From positions 140,740,001 through 140,804,000 of the forward strand of contig JBITNC010000001.1 in the NCBI GenBank assembly GCA_050084985.1: a DNA stretch of 64,000 nt, written 5' to 3'. Below, piece after piece: positions 1 to 13,365 of this stretch (position 1 is its first letter; every line of letters starts with the position of its first letter). A program made the position numbers and the translations under genes. The DNA is from Nageia nagi. Its lineage: Eukaryota; Plantae; Pinophyta. The notes below the pieces were generated by a model. That model ran no database searches and was not told the DNA's origin. It worked only from the letters and a program-made list of their open reading frames with translations.

Positions 1-1078
1 TGATTAAAGAAAAATTATGGATTCTTCCAAAAATCAATAATGCTATCATGATTCTAATAGTTCAAAATGGTCAATATCATGCTTATATGACTTATTTATC
101 GACCAAAGTCATATAGGGTCAACATGAGTCAAATTAATACTTATGCAAAAAATGTTATGATGTGCAAAAAAAAAATCTTTAACAATTTTCATGATGCAAA
201 ATGATTATGTTTGATGTTAATTGATTGTGAATCAAATATACAGATATGATATGAATATTTCCACATTGTTAATGACATTTTTCTATTATAAATTCTTTAC
301 AGATTGGGCATACTACAAATCCCTAAATATCTATTTGAAAATACCATTACTCCACAAATATGCACTATAATAGAAATGTTGAACAAAATTGCAAAAGACA
401 TGGTTACAAAATTATGTGAAAATAACGTTGTTAATAGCGTATGTTTACTTTGAAAATCAATAAAGCCAATCAATTCAATGTGATCAAATGTGCAAAATTG
501 ATAAATAAGGCCAATGTATATTTGAATATTGGGTACTTTTTATGAAAGCCAATTAAAATTATCTCAATGATGGATGAAAAATTCAATGTTATGCTAAAAA
601 ATATTTTCAATCCCATGGTCACTCAATGAGCAAAATCTCTTGCAAATTGCAAGTTATTCCAAGCTTGAGGCATCAAAGGACCTCATTAGCTTAATAATAA
701 TGGTTCAATAGAACTATGTGTCTCAGTGACCATAGTGACACAATGGATATTATATTTATTTCATCCTTGATATTTAAATTGATTATTCTTTCATTGGATG
801 TGATCTACGCAAGTATTATATTAGATTGTTCTCCAAAAGGTACTATTCGAAAGAGTAGGAACCAAATAGAGGTACTCTCCTCATACATGGAATTTGATTT
901 TTGGCTTAATTCCTCAAAGAAGTGACAAGACCAAAAGGGGGTAGAATACATATCATACTCAGCATATCAATCAAAAAAGGGAAGTCCACTTTATTATTGG
1001 AAAATTTCTTCTCTTATCTAAACTTCTTTGGATTATGGAATTTCAATGTTTTTCATTTCATATCCAAAGAGGGAAAAA

Positions 1079-1784
1079 TGTAGACACCTAAAAATAATTT
1101 ATTATTTATTTAATAAATCATATTTAGACTTCCTAATTGACTTATTGCAATATTACAAATATTAAGATAAATTTTATATTAAAATGCAATGCCATGTGTT
1201 ATATTAAATGCTATATCATTTATCATGGTTCATATTTTAAAATATCTGGAATACAACAATGATTATATTATTGCTATATGTTGGCCTTCACTTCTTTCTA
1301 TGTCTTTACAGGCTATATATGCAAGTGGAATAGGTTGACCTCCATAGAACAAACTATTTGATATGACAAGATCTCTGATAGGTGGATTTCTATCATAATC
1401 TTCATCAAGCAATGATGTCTCTTAATGCCACCTATTATGAGAAATTGTTATAGTCTAAGCTCTAAAACTTTTTATCTTTTATGCACTCTATAATTCATCA
1501 ATTCAATGATGTTAATGACATGTGTCTTGAGGATCGAGGGTTCTAGATTTTGGTAGCCGAGTTTATTGATTCATGCATATGAATATCTATCACAAGCTCA
1601 CCTCCAATTTGATCCCAATCCTTTGAAGATTCATTGCCATTTGCTTTTGAGGATTGTACGTACAATTCATATTAGGTGCATGCTTTTCATGTATATTTGT
1701 TGTATTTGATATAATGTACATATCTATGTATTCTTATATTATATACCATTTATAAATTGTATTTTACATAATTTAGTGTCTATA
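1079..1784 (+). mobile_element. Degenerate 3' LTR of a Gypsy (Tat/Ogre-like) retrotransposon
   Basis: Purine tract AAAGAGGGAAAAA immediately followed by TGTAGACACCTAAAA (1079); inverted end GTGTCTATA near 1776-1784; start motif resembles the LTR start at 60748. Confidence 0.5.
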
Positions 1785-2110
1785 CCATGGATGAATTATT
1801 ATACATGCATTATTGAATTTCTTAGTTGTGTAAGTTATATTGAGGAAGCTTTGAACTTTATTGCCAAAATGCCCATAAAATGTGAGTTTTATAATAAGGT
1901 ATAAACATCCATTAAATAGTATTTAAAACTATTTTTCATCAAATGTTATGGTTGCAAAATATAATGGATGCAAAATGTGGAAGAATACACAAGCCTTGGG
2001 AATCATTTGTCAACATGAGTGATGCAAGCATGGTGTCATGGACTACAATGGTTGGAGGATATACAATTCATGATTGCAATGAGAATATCCTTAAACTCTT
2101 TCATATGATG
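1785..2110 (+). pseudogene. PLS-class PPR gene fragments (decayed)
   Basis: Translations YYTCIIEFLSCVSYIEEALNFIAKMPIK and MDAKCGRIHKPWESF...MVSWTTMVGGYTIHDCNENILKLFHMMK match PLS-PPR consensus (HYACMVDLLGRAG.LEEA..FI..MP; MYAKCG.I..A...F..M...VVSW.AMI.GY..HG); no intact ORF. Confidence 0.7.
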
Positions 2111-2589
2111 AAGCTACACTTGGGAATTAAAAATGCACCTAGATATGTTTTGATTCATTTCCTTTATAGTCACTCTTGTTTAGATCAAGGGTTTGAAATC
2201 CCTTTGAAATGGTTCAAAATAATTTCTTCTTAAATTTGTGGGTTTGAAATGGTTGCTTTGTGGCTTTGACTTCATGATACTTTGAAATGGTTTCCCCCTT
2301 CATTTTTGTTTCCTACAATAGGGGCTTAATATCCCAAAATTTATTTTTAAGGATATTTTTAATGATGGTTCAAAATCACCCTTTTAAGTATATTATCATG
2401 CTTATAAATCGTCATAAAATTTTTAATCATTGTAAATAGTTTTACAGTCTTTATTTTTTAAGGGCAATATTAAACTATTCTTTTATGTTATATGATGTCA
2501 TTTAATAACCATTGTAAAAAATCATAATATTATTACCACCCTTAATGCCCTTTTTGGTATAATGTTACATAGTTCTTATTCCATATTAT

Positions 2590-3800
2590 GAATTATTTAC
2601 CATAAAAATAGCTTTAAAATTTTCATCACAAAGTTGTCCAAAACATAATAAGTTATATTTGAGATAAAATTGTAATATGTATTATAAATATTATTTACCT
2701 TGCTTGGTATCCACCTTTTTCATAACTTTTGATGTAACTTCTAAGGATTTCTTATCAGCAAGATTGATCTAAACCTTGTACTTCTCAATTGTATTAAAAT
2801 TTAATTCTCTTTTCCCTTTCATTTGGTTGAAATATTATAAATATAAATACCAATTTTTTAGAGAAATATTTTCAAGTATTTCATACATTAATAAATTTCT
2901 TGAATTATCATCCTTATTAGCATTTAATATGCTTTCTTTATTTTCTTGGTAATCTTAAATCTATATTCTTTATCAAATACATTTTGCAATAGTAACATTG
3001 GATAGTTCTCTTATCAAAATTTTATCTTTCTCTACCATTATGGCCTCCTTTCCCTTTACAGAAGTTCTAAATTTTCTTCTCATTTGTCCTTAGAAGCTTG
3101 AATTCGTACCATCATTCTTTGAAACTTTTTCTTTTGAGGAAAAAACTTGCATTATACCTTCACAAAATACACCTTCTAATATCTCTTAATATGGCATGAG
3201 ATAGCCTATAATATGATTAAATTTCAAATTGTTATATCCTTTATTTGTAATTATGATGGTTATATGGTTCCACATAGGTGTTAGAGTTATCCAAAATTTC
3301 TTCACAATAACCTTTTTTTCCAACCTTCATCTTAGAGTGACCATTTTATTAACCACATCTTTTACTTTAACATAATATTGACTTCCTACTCATTGATTAT
3401 TGTGTTATTAAACATTAAAGCTCTCTTTTCAATATCCAAAATTGATAGCATTTACTTGATTAGGACCTTGGTAATCCTAATTAAGAGTCTATTAAATCTA
3501 CACTTCATATAAATAAGCTCTTATGAATAATTGACTGAATACAATATAACATTAAAGATTTTTTCTTCTTGGGCTCTTTTTTGCTTGCATATCAATTTAA
3601 GGAATAATATTCCAATCTTTTGGGTCATTATAACAAGAATCAATTATATCATATAAATTTTCATCAATTAAAATATCCTCATTCTAATGATCCAATAATT
3701 AAAATATTACCCATTGAATTATAGAATAGAATTAGAATTTGTATTAATGTTCATTAGTGACTAAAAAAGGTCAATAGGACTGTAAAGTAGGACATATATA
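2590..3800 (-). mobile_element. Very old Ty1/Copia gag-protease remnant
   Basis: Minus strand gives a DKRTIQCYYC zinc-knuckle-like segment (~2970-3010) and a KSLEV...LLCFGQL-like Copia protease region (~2600-2780), with many stops. Confidence 0.45.
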
Positions 3801-5303
3801 AAGCAACAGGAGTGCCTAGTGCAACTCCAGAGGAAATAAAATAAGAAAAATAATAAACAAAATATAAATAAGGACTATGAATCAAGGATTTATCCCAACA
3901 TTCAAGGGTGCAAAGAATTTAGTAATATAAGAGTTTGATGTCCTCATAGATGGTTCATGTTGGAGTCAATGATGAGAGATTCTTGTTGTATCTCCATGAT
4001 CACCTTAGCATTTCTTGATCATGGATTCTAAAGGTTGGAAAAATTAAGTGATAAGTCAGGATCCTATTATCCTATGCAAACTGTTACTAAGTAGTTTTTT
4101 TCTGAGATTGAATAATTCTTAGATAAAAAGGGCAATGCATCTTTGGTCTTCATAATTAATCCAAGACTTCAGTGTATGGATGTATTTGAATAAGCAATAA
4201 TATCTACCTCGTATCTCATAGTAGATTAGACAAGTGAAAATGAAATGCTCCTCAAATTCCATATCAAGATTTCATAATCTACAAATACGCTGATCTCTGG
4301 GGAGGTGATGATTTATCTCAATATGTAGCTAGTGGTAGCAAACTCATAGCTGAGCTAAAGGAAACCTAAGGTTATGCGATATTTGTATCAAGTTATATTT
4401 TAGAGTAGTGATCAAACCATTCTCTATTTGGAGATAAAAGTGAGAGTAATGGATCAATTTTGGTGAAAGAGGTTCTTTTGGATCAGTCCAAGTAGTTTTT
4501 ATATATGCTAAGTAGATCTCATCTCAAATTTCCTTATTGGAATATGGTGTATTACTTAATGACTAAGTAGGAGGAAGTTTCATGATTTCTAAGCTAAGAG
4601 TTTGAACTAGAGTAGTAGTTTGAGCTTACCAACAATTCTTGACCCCTTGATTGGCCAACTGTATGGAGGATTACAATGCTAAATATGGATATCTTCTCAT
4701 ATCTAACATATAATGGAATCTACATAGTAAAGAAACAATATGAAATAATGTAGTTGTAAATAATGGATGAGAACTAGACTCAGATAGAATGATGGGATGT
4801 GGAATAATTCTTTTGGAATGAATGAATTTGGACAATATTAAGATGAGTACCCTTTCAATATGAGACCAACCCAACTATCTAAGGCTAGGTACCTAAACTT
4901 CACAACCATAGAGCAATGTGGGGGTAACAAGGGTGTGAAAGAGTTTGATCTTCGTACTAATATCCTAAATTTGGAGCTTAAAGCATTTCTTATCCAAAGA
5001 GGCTAAGGAAACATACCCTTTGTTTAACCTTGCTTAAGATAGAGGGATCATGTTGAAGGTAGGTGCTATGAAAGGAACTCTCACATATGTGTATGATATG
5101 ATAATCTCAATAGCTTTCCCTTTATATATGATGTGAACAAGAGAGAGATATTTCTTGGGCAAATTGAATGTCATTATATTTGGTTTATGGAGATTAACTT
5201 CTAATCCATGTAATTCAGAGTAAGTGCCAAGTATGTCTAGTTGTTATTGAAGTCCTCTTATTGCATGTGACATTAGGATAATATCATTAGCAAATAGTAA
5301 AAT

Positions 5304-8300
5304 TATTGGAATGTATAATGCATTATTGTAAAGGTTTGTATAAATCCTCTTTGTAAATTCACTAATCCTTAAAGGTATCATTAGATACCTTAAGTATTTA
5401 AGTGAATATAATAATGTAACTTATCCTACACTCCATGTCACGAGCATGCCCCTTAGTTAAAAGGGAGTGCATGTCATGCCTTTGTACATTGGGTAAAAGG
5501 GTGATCCAAAGAGGGATTTTGGGCTATAAATAAAAGGCCCCTCTTTGTGAACATACACCAATTGTGAAGTAAAGTTATGCTTTAGGATAGTGATTAGGAG
5601 ATGAGTAGGAGAATTGTAAGAGGTTCATATTTGTGAATGAAGTAAGATCTAGTTAGTGAATGTACTCCTAGTTGGAGGAACCATTTTACATCTTGAGTTA
5701 TCTTTGTGAGATTATCTTATTTAAGTTATTTAGATGTGAGTTTGAGCTTTCATGATATCTTGGGGTTGTTTATGTTATATTTCAACTCCTTCATTTGGTA
5801 TTAGAGCTCTTTAAAAGCTCATCTTCACATCCTTGGTGTGGAAGCTCTTCTTCTTGGTGTTCATCTCTTCATTTCATTGTTGAGAAAATGGAATACTCCT
5901 TTTTACCTAAACATATTGTATATAATTCAAACTTTGGGATATGGGAACCTTGGATGAGAGCTAAATTATAGCCAAGGAAGCTTTGGCAAACAATGAATGA
6001 GAAGCTTGTTGCTCCTATAGATGAGAAGGCACTTGAGGCCTACAACACAAAGAATGAGTTGAAAACCTCCATGATTTTTCATGCAATATCAGATGATGTG
6101 CTCCTGATGATTTCAACTTCAACCTCAGCAAAGGAAGATTGGGATAAGCTTAAACAAATCTACCTTGGATCTAAGTTTTTTAGAAGGTTTATCATAATTC
6201 AAAAGTAACTTCAATCTCATTAAGGGGAAGATGAAAATGTTGCCATCTACTTGAATAAAATCATTGACCTTAAGACCCAACTTGTTACTTTTGGATGCAA
6301 TTGGATCAATGATGAGTTCATAGTATTCAATGTTCTTCAAAGTTTGGTAACTTTATGATGGTTATTGAGATTAGGCTTGATGATGAAGAAAAAGTCTTCT
6401 CCCTTGATAACCTCTCTAAGCTCCTATTGAAGCATGAAAAAACTCTCAACAAAAAGGTGTTGATCTCTTCTCCAAAGGACTATAATGTTGCTCTAGGAGC
6501 AACAAAAACTCCTTTCAAGAAGAAGTTCAATCATCATAAGAAATCTAATCCTTCTTCCTTCAAAAGTTTTAAGAATAGGGGAAATAACGGTAACCACAAC
6601 AACTTGTTCAAGCAAAAAGATGGAAAAGGCAAGATAAATAAACCAAATCCTAAGGTAAAGTTTGATAGAAATTGTAACTTTTATGGCATCCAAGGTCACA
6701 AAGAGGTTGACTGCTACAAAAAGAAAAGAGAGGAAAAGAACAAGGTCAATAGAAATGTAAAGAACTTCAAAGGGAAGAAGAATATAAAATCTGGATTTAC
6801 TGCTACACTCTACTCCACATCTCATACTTTTTTATCTAATTAGATTATTGACTTTGGTTGCACTAATCATCTATGTTTTGAAAAAGATAAGTTTGAAAAT
6901 TTTTACAAGTATAGAAAAGATGCAATTATGATAGGTGATAATTATATCCTTGAAGTCCAAGGAATTGGGAATGTGTGGATTCATGGGAAGGTTCTTGATA
7001 ATGTGCTCTATGTTCCTAAGTTTAGGATGAACCTTCTCTTCATGATCCAAGTTGCAAAAAAAGGGTACTCATTTGAGTTTGACTCATAATCTTGGTGTAT
7101 TGAGAAAGGAATTGCCACATTGATTAAAGGGTTAGTAAAAGATGATCTCTACATTGTGGATCAAGTTCTAACAAAGATGTGTCTTGCTACGAATGTGTAT
7201 TATAGAGGTGATTTTTGGCACCAACATTTAGAAAACCTTAACCATAAGAGTATTCAAGTCATGAAATACCAAGAACTTATGGAAGGTTTACCTTCAATTG
7301 GTCTATGTGAGAAGTGCATCCTTAGCAAGATGAATAGATAAAAGTTTGAAAAAGATAGGGCAATAAGAGCATCTTAACCTCTTCAACTTGTGCATGTAGA
7401 TTTGATGGGTCCATTTCAGATTAAGTTATTTGAAGGAACATCTTATATCTTAACCTTCATCAATGACTTCAGTAGGATGACTTTTGGCTATCTACTTGAG
7501 CATAAGGATCAAACCTTTAAGAGTTTTAAGAATTTTAAGGACTTAGTTGAAAATCAAAATCAAGATGATGAGATCAGATAATGGTAGAGAAATATCAATA
7601 ATGAGTTCAATGTCTATTGCACTAAGTATGGAATCAAGAGGTAGTTTACAATTCAAATATACATCCCATGTACCTAAATACTTTTCTTATCACCAAGAAC
7701 TGTAGATGTAGAATGACATTATTGAGGCTTATTTTCTTTTCTAAAATTAAGCCTTCACCTAGATGCCTACAAGGTGTAGCCTAGGTACTACCAATCCTCA
7801 ACTAGTTCACATTAGGTAGTATTATACTCTCACAAGGAGAAGTACCAACTATTTTCCAAGGTTATGATGTATATTAGATCAACCAAATTATTAATCTTGA
7901 TTAGGTTTCAAGTTGTCCTTCTAGGTTATTAGGATTAATCCTTGAATGGACTTGCAAGCATGTGGTATCAAAAAGATGCAGTTGTGATGGGTGATAATTC
8001 TATCCTTAAAGTCTAAGGAATTGGAAGTGTGTTGATTCATGGAAAGGTTCTTGATAATGTGCTCTATGTTCCTAAGCTTAGGATGAACCTTCTCTCCATG
8101 ATTCAAGTTGCAAGAAAAGGGTACTCATTTGAGTTCAACTCACAATCTTGATGCATTAATAAAGGAATTACCATGTTGGTTAAAGGGTCAGTAAAAGATG
8201 ATCTCTACATTGTAGGTCAAGTTCTAAAAAAGATGTGTCTTGCTACAAATGTGTGTTCTAGAGGTAATATTTAGCACCAATGTTTATGGCACTTTAACCA

Positions 8301-10190
8301 TAAGAGCATTCAAGTCATGAAAGACCAAGAACTTATGGAAGGGTTGCCTTCAATTTCACCTTTAATTAGTCTATGTGAGAAGTGCATCCTTGGCAAGATG
8401 AATAGACAAAGGTTTGAAAAAGATAAGGCAATAAGAGCATCTCAACCTTTTCAACTTATGCATTTAGATTTGATGGGTTCATTTCAGACTAAGTCACTTG
8501 AGGAAGCATCTTATGTCTTGACCTTCATCGATAACTTTAGTAGGATGACTTTTGGCTTTCTACTTGAGTAAAAAGATCAAACCTTTAAGAGTTTCAAGAA
8601 TTTTAAGACCTTATTTGAAAATTAAACTAACTTTAAAATCAAGATGTTGAGATTAGATAATGGGGGAGAATATAACAATAATGAATTCAATGTCTATTGC
8701 ATTAAATATGGAATTAAGAGGTAATTTACAATTCCATATACTCCTAAGCAGAATGATTTTGTTGAAAGGAAAAATAGGATAATTATGGAGATGGCTAGAT
8801 GAATGTTGGGTAATATTCCTAGTTTCTTATGGGGTGGAGCTATAAGCACTACTATTTACACCTTGAATAGGTGTCCCACAAAAGTCATTCAGGGTAAAAC
8901 TCCTTTTAAAGCATGGTCAAAAAGAAAACCTAACATTTTTCACTTTAGGGTGTTTAGTTGTGAAGCATTCTCCTACATTATTTTTAAGAAAAGGAAAAAG
9001 TTAGACAAAAGTGCTGAAAAATGCATATTTATGGGTTATGATAGGTAGCATAGAGGCTACAGGCTCTACTCTCCATCCTATAAAGGAGTGTTGATTTCAA
9101 GGGATGTAAAGTTTAATGAACTTCCTGAAGAATCTATTTATAATGAAGATGTGGATGATCCAGATGACTCATCAGTTACACCTAGTTGGTTGGATATTAT
9201 CATAGACAAGTCACCTTAGGAGAGAAATTCTCCAACACAAAAGGTAACAAGGAGCATGACCTTGAACAAATCCTTATTTTTCAAAATTGATAATAAGAAT
9301 GAGCTCTCATCTTTCCAAGAAGCTTCTAAGCACAAGTGCTAGATGAAAACCATGAAAGTGGAGTATGAGGCACTTATGAAAAATAAGACTTGGAATTTGG
9401 TTCCTTATCCTAATGAGAATAATGTGGTTGGCAATAAGTGGATCTACAAGGTCAAGTACAATTTAGTTGGGGACATTGAAAAATATAAGGTAAGGTTAGT
9501 AGCCAAAGGTTTTGCTCAAAAATATGATGTTGATTATGAGGAAACCTTTGCTCTTGTGACAAAGATGCTCACTATTAGAATTATCCTTACTTTTTTTACA
9601 GCTCAGGGATGGAAACTTTTTCAACTTGATGTTAAGAGTGCATTTCTTAATGGTGACTTAGATGTGGGAATATTCATGAATCATCTAGAAGGGTTTATTA
9701 TAGAAGGTAAAGAGTAATTTGTATGCAAGCTAAAGAAGTCATTGTATGGACTTAAGCAAGCACTTAGAGTCTGGTACAAGAAGATTTTAGGGTACCTTGT
9801 AAATATTAGATTTTTCAAGTGTTTTTTTACTCTGATTTATATGTGTTCAATCATGGAAAAGACATGGTTTTAATTCTCCTTTATGTGGATGATCTTTTGA
9901 TTACTAGAAATAATGATTCAATCATTCAAGAGTGCATATACAAACTTAAGGTAATGTTCGAAATGATTGATCTTGGTCTCTTGCATTACTACCTTGGAAT
10001 GCAAGTATATCAATACAAGGATTGTACCTATCTCAATCAATCCAAGTATATATCAAACATCTTACAGAAGTTTGGAATGGAGGAGTGTAGACATTTTGTG
10101 ATCCGTATATCTCATAGAATCATTATTTCTTTTTGCTCCAACTCTTAGTTGGCTAATGCTACAACTTATAAGAAATTAATTGGTAGTCAT
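5304..10190 (+). mobile_element. Ty1/Copia element A (5' LTR, PBS, degenerate gag-pol, 3'-truncated in RT); intron-less leader form
   Basis: LTR ~5304-5793; PBS TGGTATTAGAGC 5796-5807 (tRNA-iMet type); gag ATG 5888; zinc knuckle; integrase HxDLMG..TFIDxFSR; RT ..LVAKGFAQ..QLDVKSAFLNG..YVDDLL; many stops; ends ~10190 without RNase H or 3' LTR. Confidence 0.93.
6915..8740 (+). repeat. Internal ~750-bp direct duplication of protease-integrase region in Copia A (6915-7655 and 7971-8740), separated by an inverted leader-intron fragment
   Basis: AAAAGATGCA(A/G)TT..GGTGATAATT..GGAATTGG..ATTCATGG..GGTTCTTGATAATGTGCTCTATGTTCCTAAG occurs at both 6915 and 7971 and homology continues to ACAATTC at ~7650 and ~8730. 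Confidence 0.9.
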
Positions 10191-10194
10191 CACT

Positions 10195-12190
10195 CACAAA
10201 CATTAATGATTGATAATTCAGCTTGAAGGCTCAAAGCTTGACATTATGTTGAACGAATTGGCTAAGGCTTAGAGCAACCAGTGGGAGCGGCATCTCTAAT
10301 CCAAGCTTTTCCATTTCAAAGAATGTCCCATTTACTTTGTTTACTTGCTTCTAATATTTTATTTCTATTGTCTTTAAATTCTTCTTATTGTAATCTAGTC
10401 CAATCTTCATCAAGATAAATCTTGTCAATCATACTAAAAATAATTTTCTTAGACTTAAGGGCCTCTAGCCTATCCTGTAGAGTGCGAAAATGCAAGATCA
10501 AAGAGTTGTCCTCTATAAACCATGCCCTTTCTGGTAGAATATATTTTTGGCCTAAGGTATTGTGCAAAAATTAAGTGGCCATTTTCATTGGATCCCCTTG
10601 ATCTTGATCTTTTAGGCCTCTCACACAAAGGTTCAATGATTTAAATTGCCTCTGACATTCCTCAACAAACTTAACTTGAATAACTACATCTACTAGAGGG
10701 GGAGTTTTATGTATTTATTAACTTTCAACACTTGAACCCATTTTGATTCTGCACTTGCTGTCTCCAACTTGGTTGCTAGATTTTTCTAGTCTTCTCTATT
10801 TGCAGAGAGCTTAGCACAAAGATTAGCGATATCTTTCACATTTACAGTATTGAATTTATAGGTCATGTTCTTTTTTTATTCTTACAACTTACATTGAGTT
10901 TGGTATGCATTCTGGTAATCTCTTGTTTGATGCTAGGAGAAACATCTTAAAGCTTGGCTACCATGTCTTTTAGCTTGGAAATGTGCTCAGCTTATGCATG
11001 GATAGTAATTTTCTGTTAAGAGGCTTAAAGGGAGATTTCTAATAAACACTTCTTAAGGAGATCAAGCTTAGATTGAAACCCTTGTTCAAGCAGATCCATC
11101 CGTTCTTGCATATTAGAATTTTGGATTCTAGCCTTAACCTTCGATCCCATGTTAAATGCAACCCCTTTTTTTTTAAATCATGCCCTAATACATCTAAGAA
11201 ATCCCTACAACCTTAGCAAATTAGCCAAATGCCTTCGTAGATTAGCTAGACAACCTTCGTAGTTCAGAATTATTTAGGATTATCCCTTCTCAGCCCCACA
11301 TGCTTGGCGAACTGGCGAAAGGGGGTTGACAAGTGATGATTCAAAACAACCAGAGCCCTAACACAAAGTCATTCCCCTTATATAGGGAAAAAGTTGTTAT
11401 TTTTAGCATAGCATCTAAATCAATAACTTAGTTAATAGTTAGAAATATCAACTCTCTCCACTTAGAGACTAGTAAGGCTTTGATGCCATTAGTGGATTTT
11501 GATCTTCTAAAATAACACAACTTACACCTTCACAAAATAATATATAAAAAAATAACTCATGCATAAACATAATTTTTTTAACATAAATATGGTATTTTGT
11601 GCGTGGATAGTAATTTTTTATTCAAAGACTTGAAGGGAGATCTCTAATAAATGCTTCTCAAGGAGTTCAAGCTTAGATTGAAACCCTTTTTCAAGTAGAT
11701 CCATTCGTTCCTGCATACCAAAATTTCAGATTCTAGCCTTAACCTTCGAGCCCATGTTAAATGCAACCCCCTTTGTAAAATCATGCCCTAATACATCTAA
11801 GAAATCCCTACAACCTCAACATATCAGCTAGATGCCTCCGTAGATTAGCCAAACAACTTTCACAAGTAAGATGCCTCCATAGATAAGGAATTATTTAGGA
11901 TTATCCCTTCTTAGCCCCACACACTTGGAGAAAGGGGGTTGACGAGTGACAATTCAAACCAGCCAAATTCCTAACACAAAGTCGCTCCCCTTATAGGGAA
12001 AAAGTTGTTGTTTTTGGCCTAGAATCCAAATCAATAACTTAGTCAATAGTTAGAAATATCAAGAATACAAAGTCTCTCCACTTAGAGACTAGTAAGGCTT
12101 TGATGCCACTTGTGAATAATGATCTTCTAAAATAACACAACTTACACCTTCACAAAATAACATATAAAAAATAACTCATTCATAAACATA
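10195..12190 (-). mobile_element. Non-autonomous LTR-type element remnant with LINE-ORF1-like coding relic; ~600-bp tandem duplication (10996-11570 / 11601-12190)
   Basis: Both repeat units contain GCTTTGATGCCA (minus-strand PBS-like TGGCATCAAAGC); minus-strand peptide NLCVRGL...DRLEALKSK...IYLDEDWTRLQ resembles the non-LTR ORF1 motif NL.I.GL...IYI.EDLT. Confidence 0.55.
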
Positions 12191-13111
12191 GAGCATAAAA
12201 TGGTTACCTTTTATTAATTATTATGGAAATAAAAAGAAAAATAAGTTCCACTTAAAATCCAACTAATATACACCTAATCTATTACAATACTTTCTTATTG
12301 TGAAATTTGAAAATGATCCTTTAATATTCCTTTTAATTACATTTACTACATAACTATCACAATAGAGAAAATATATTGTTACTTTTTTCATTTTTTGAAA
12401 TTTAATATACACTTTACTTTAACTTTGTTCAATTGAGATAAATTTAAATACTTAAATAATATCCTCTTATGCTTGATATAATTATGTATATTATTATCTA
12501 AGGTGTATGGACTTGTACAACAATTTATTTTTTTATTAAAAAAAAAATTGCAATAATTGACTAACTAATTTATCAATTTTACCAATGAAAATTTAAATTT
12601 AAACGTATATATTATGTTTATTTAAGATTCAAAACCCTAAACATATGATTATAGACTTGATTAATTCAAAATACTTACATAAACGAGAATATAAAAGTTC
12701 AAATTATATCAACTCACATTCATATAAAAAGAACGTCCTTATCATTTGCACTCATTGAATTCTAATATAAGCATTAATTTATTAGGGAACACATTTGAAT
12801 AAGAAACTTTATTGCAGACTATATTCTCATCAACGATATTGTTAAAAACCATATTCTCTACAATCGCATTGCATTATCATGATCGTCTATACCAAAAACT
12901 CCAAATAAAATAGAAACAAATAATATTTAACAACAATAAAATTAATTTTATAATTATAAAAATCAATTCCATAATTATACCTCACTTTGCACTGATTAAA
13001 CAGAGAACAGTGTTGTTTGTATCATTTATATTATTTCTGTATCAGAAAGTTTAGGTTAATGTAAACCCTGTGTTTTCCAGCTTTGCGGGGATTCGAACTC
13101 TCGACCGCCCA

Positions 13112-13365
13112 ATGGCAGCAGAGAAACGTAGTAGAAGTAGCAATCCAACTGCAAGATCTCCATCTTCATCTCCAATTCGACCTAGCTTCAGCAGATCACC
13201 GGTTCGAACCACATCCAAATCTCCCAATTCCAAACAGCAGGAGAGCGGCTGTAGAAGCAGCAGCAAAGATCTAAGCATTGATATCTGCAAGGATTTCACC
13301 AAACGGCGCTGTAATCGTTTGGACTGCAAATACGCGCATCCGCCTGCTGTTATGGCCGTTGAACA
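13112..13365 (+). CDS. Muscleblind-like tandem CCCH zinc-finger protein, coding exon 1 (Ser/Arg/Pro-rich N-terminus + ZF1)
   Basis: GC-rich ORF MAAEKRSRSS...DICKDFTKRRCNRLDCKYAHPPAVMAVEQ (C-x7-C-x4-C-x3-H); predicted GC donor CA|GCAAAT at 13366 joins in frame to exon 2. Confidence 0.85.

Noticed and set aside
3900-5290. Possible decayed LINE/retroelement coding sequence
   Set aside because: No motif could be read confidently by eye.
7963-7972. TGGTATCA as PBS of a separate LTR element
   Set aside because: It is the end of the inverted leader-intron fragment (reverse complement of 47759-66), not preceded by a recognisable LTR.
13051-13329. Antisense ORF over exon 1
   Set aside because: Shadow of a GC-rich coding exon; no recognisable motif.
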